NCBI GenBank assembly: GCA_903893315.1
Contig: CAITLU010000046.1
Location: 32,187-96,186 of the forward strand
DNA: 64,000 nt
DNA from: an uncultured bacterium
Lineage (GTDB): Bacteria > Desulfobacterota > Binatia > UBA1149 > CAITLU01
Direction of reading: 5' to 3'
Part shown: positions 61,423 through 64,000 of the stretch, piece by piece
Layout: every line of letters begins with the position of its first letter
Position numbering within the stretch: the first letter of the stretch is position 1
Notes under the pieces: model-generated
Seen by the model: only the letters and a program-made list of their open reading frames with translations
Database searches by the model: none
Told to the model about the DNA's origin: nothing
Program-made: the position numbers and the translations under genes

Positions 61423-63192
61423 TCAGAATCCCAGCTTTTCGGCCTGTCCGAACACGCCGCGCAGCACGTCACAGATCTCCTGCACGGTGGCCTCGGCCTT
61501 GACGCATTCTATCAGCACCGGCATCAGATTCTCGCGTTCATCGCCGGCCTGACGGCCGAGCGCCGACAACGTGCGCGCTACCGCGCCGCCGTCGCGAGTG
61601 CGCTTGAGTTCGGCGAGTTTGGCGAGCTGACGCTGCTCGGCGCTGGCCATGTGCGCCGGGTCGTAGAGTTTTTCGACCACTCGACTTACCGGTACGTTGA
61701 TTTCGTTCGGCCCGACGAAACAGTTCACACCGACGACCAGGTCCTCCTGGCTTTCGATGCGCTGCTGGCGTTCGTAAGCGCTCTGCGCGATCGCGTGCGG
61801 CATGTAGCCGTTGTCTATCGCCGCCACCGCGCCGCCCATCGCGTCTATCTTGTCGAGTTCCTCGCGCGCGCCAGCCTCGATGCCGTCGGTCAGCGACTCC
61901 ATGAAATACGAACCGGCCCACGGATCACAGACGTCCGCGACACCGGCCTCGAAGATCAGGATGCGTGTGGCGTCGGTCTGGAGTTGGATGGCTTCGAGGC
62001 TGTGACCGAGCCCGAGCGGCTCGTCGAAGGGCGGATACGCTGCCGGCAGGCCTCCCGACATTCCACCCGCCATGCCGCCGACCACCGAGCGCACCAGGTT
62101 GTTGATCGGGCGCTGCGCGGTGGAGGTCGTGCATCCGATGTGCGCGGTGATGGGCTGACGTATCATCATGCTGCGCGGGTTCCTGGCACCGAAACGCTCA
62201 CGCAGCATCTGTGCCCACATACGCCTCGCAGCGCGCTGGAAAGCGATCTCTTCGTAGAAATCCATCGAGCCGCCGAACGCGTTGAAAGTGAACATCGGCG
62301 CGAAGTCGTCGACATCCAATCCCGCGTCGATGCCGGCTTGCAGGTAGGCGGCACCATTGGCGAGCGAGAAGGCAAGGTCCTGCACCCGCGTGGCCCCGGC
62401 CTCGCGGATGTGGTAGCCGCCGATGCTGTTGACGTTGAGCTTGGGCAATTCACGGCGGCAGAACACCAGCGTGTCGCGAAACAATCGCATCGACGGCACC
62501 GGCGGGAAAATGTAGGTGCCGCGCGCGATGAACTCCTTGAGGATGTCGTTCTGCGGAGTCCCGCGCAGGACATCGCGTGCGATGCCGCGCTGATCGGCCA
62601 GCGCCACGTACATCGCCAGGATGATGGCGCACGGCGCGTTGATCGTGAAGTTGGACGCCACTTTGTCGATGTCGCGGCGGCCGGTGAAAGCCTGGTAGAT
62701 GACCTCGAAGTCGCGCATCGAATCGACCGCGACGCCGGTGCGACCGACCTCCCCGTTGGCGAACGGGCTGTCGGAGTCGTAGCCGCACTGGGTGACCAGA
62801 TCGAAAGCGACGTTGGGGCCACCGTTGTTGCCGAGCGACTGCATGCGCAACAGATAATCGCGGTAGTCCTCGGCAGTGCCGTAGCCGCTGTAACGCCCCG
62901 CCCCTCCGCCACCGCCGGGCTCGGGCCGCACTCCCATCTTCGCGCCCATCTCCGCAAACGCGCGCCAGCGCTCGAACGGCGAGTTCCCCGCAGTGAACGG
63001 ATACTGGCCCGGGAAACCGACCTTCTCCAGGAAGTCGAAATCCGGCTCGGCGGTCGGCGTGTAGAACTGCGTGGGACAGCGCTCGAGGCCGAAGCGACCA
63101 ACGCGCGGCTCGACCACCTTTCGCTGCCACTCCTGCTCGGCCTGTGTGATCCGCTCCAAAGTCTGGTCGCGTTCCTGGCTGGTCTTGCTCAT
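61423..63192 (-). CDS. Divergent acyl-CoA (methylmalonyl-CoA-type) mutase, large substrate-binding subunit
   Basis: Motifs GFPGQYPFT, AFDL..Q.GYDSD, GEVGRTGVA, GTPQNDILKEF, GYHIREAGA, DPWAGSY, VVGVN; no B12-binding DxHxxG domain. Confidence 0.85.
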   Translation of the reverse strand: MSKTSQERDQTLERITQAEQEWQRKVVEPRVGRFGLERCPTQFYTPTAEPDFDFLEKVGFPGQYPFTAGNSPFERWRAFAEMGAKMGVRPEPGGGGGAGRYSGYGTAEDYRDYLLRMQSLGNNGGPNVAFDLVTQCGYDSDSPFANGEVGRTGVAVDSMRDFEVIYQAFTGRRDIDKVASNFTINAPCAIILAMYVALADQRGIARDVLRGTPQNDILKEFIARGTYIFPPVPSMRLFRDTLVFCRRELPKLNVNSIGGYHIREAGATRVQDLAFSLANGAAYLQAGIDAGLDVDDFAPMFTFNAFGGSMDFYEEIAFQRAARRMWAQMLRERFGARNPRSMMIRQPITAHIGCTTSTAQRPINNLVRSVVGGMAGGMSGGLPAAYPPFDEPLGLGHSLEAIQLQTDATRILIFEAGVADVCDPWAGSYFMESLTDGIEAGAREELDKIDAMGGAVAAIDNGYMPHAIAQSAYERQQRIESQEDLVVGVNCFVGPNEINVPVSRVVEKLYDPAHMASAEQRQLAKLAELKRTRDGGAVARTLSALGRQAGDERENLMPVLIECVKAEATVQEICDVLRGVFGQAEKLGF

Positions 63193-63226
63193 CTGACTTC
63201 CTCTTGGTGACTGCGCACGGCGCGGC

Positions 63227-64000
63227 TCAAACGTCGAGGCGGTAACCGTCACCGGCGCGTACCACGCGACCGGCGGTCGGCGCCGCGAAATGGGTTCCGA
63301 TCATCAGCACCGGTCGGCCCGCACATCCTTCGAGAAAACTGCGGCGCGTGGTCCGGCTTTGCGCAACGTCGTGATCGAGCACCGGCGACCAGTCAGGATT
63401 CGCGATCTGACACGGGTGGTGCATCAGATCACCGCTGATTACCGCTTCTTCTCCGCGCGAACGGATACGGACGCTGACGTGTCCCGGCGTGTGCCCTGGA
63501 GTCGATTCGAGTTGAATCTCGTCGGTCAGCCGGAAATCGGTCTCGACCAGATCGGCGAGGCCGGCATCGACGATCGGGCGCACCGAATCGGTGATCACGG
63601 GGCCGTACTCTTCAGGCTGTTCCTTCCAGAACTCCCACTCGACGCGACCGAAAAGATAACGCGCATTCGGAAAGGTCGGCACCCACTTGCCGCCCACCAG
63701 CATGGTGTTCCAGCCGACGTGGTCGATGTGCAGGTGAGTGCACAGCACCGTATCGATCGACTCGCGTGCCGCGCCGGCGCCGGCAAGGTCTTGCAGGAAG
63801 GGACCACTGCGCAGATTCCAGTCCGGAAGCGGCCGCTCCTTGTCGTTGCCTACGCAGGTATCGACCAGGATACGGCGCCCGCACGACTCGACCACGAAAG
63901 CCTGAATGCTCAGCAGCATCTTGCCGTGGGCATCGAGGAAGTGGGGCTTCAACCAAGGGATTGCCGCCAGCGTGTCGGTGCCGACCTCGGGGAACAGCAG
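63227..64000 (-). CDS. MBL-fold metallo-hydrolase, N-terminus beyond the window
   Basis: Motifs THLHIDHVGWN (HxHxDH), TPGHTPGH, SGDLMHH; frame open to 64000. Confidence 0.9.
   Translation of the reverse strand: MLFPEVGTDTLAAIPWLKPHFLDAHGKMLLSIQAFVVESCGRRILVDTCVGNDKERPLPDWNLRSGPFLQDLAGAGAARESIDTVLCTHLHIDHVGWNTMLVGGKWVPTFPNARYLFGRVEWEFWKEQPEEYGPVITDSVRPIVDAGLADLVETDFRLTDEIQLESTPGHTPGHVSVRIRSRGEEAVISGDLMHHPCQIANPDWSPVLDHDVAQSRTTRRSFLEGCAGRPVLMIGTHFAAPTAGRVVRAGDGYRLDV

Overview
High-GC bacterial chromosomal segment of about 53 CDSs, with no rRNA, tRNA, CRISPR array, transposase or integrase seen. Gene content (SCP-x thiolases, acyl-CoA dehydrogenase, LLM oxidoreductases, WS/DGAT, FadL-type porin, Cys-rich secreted proteins with Thr tails) suggests a diderm 'deltaproteobacterial'/Binatota-like organism; this is inference only. 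Core genes include a hemD-hemE fusion with hemY, cysK-cysE, acnB, acs, tungsten AOR with moaD and tupABC, an aldehyde dehydrogenase and an acyl-CoA mutase. Top candidates for follow-up: (1) a probable cysteine-sensing attenuator upstream of cysK-cysE, with a sigma70-like promoter, a near-leaderless 34-aa peptide with four tandem TGT Cys codons, and alternative antiterminator/terminator hairpins; (2) a chromosomal Sul-like dihydropteroate synthase carrying the DPGMGFFLG signature; (3) an IslA/HpsG-clade glycyl radical enzyme with an altered substrate pocket; (4) an STT3/AglB-like membrane protein (DGYYH...WWDDF) fused to TPRs; (5) a highly divergent B12-dependent acyl-CoA mutase. Family assignments come from motifs read by eye and recalled reference sequences; no database searches were run.
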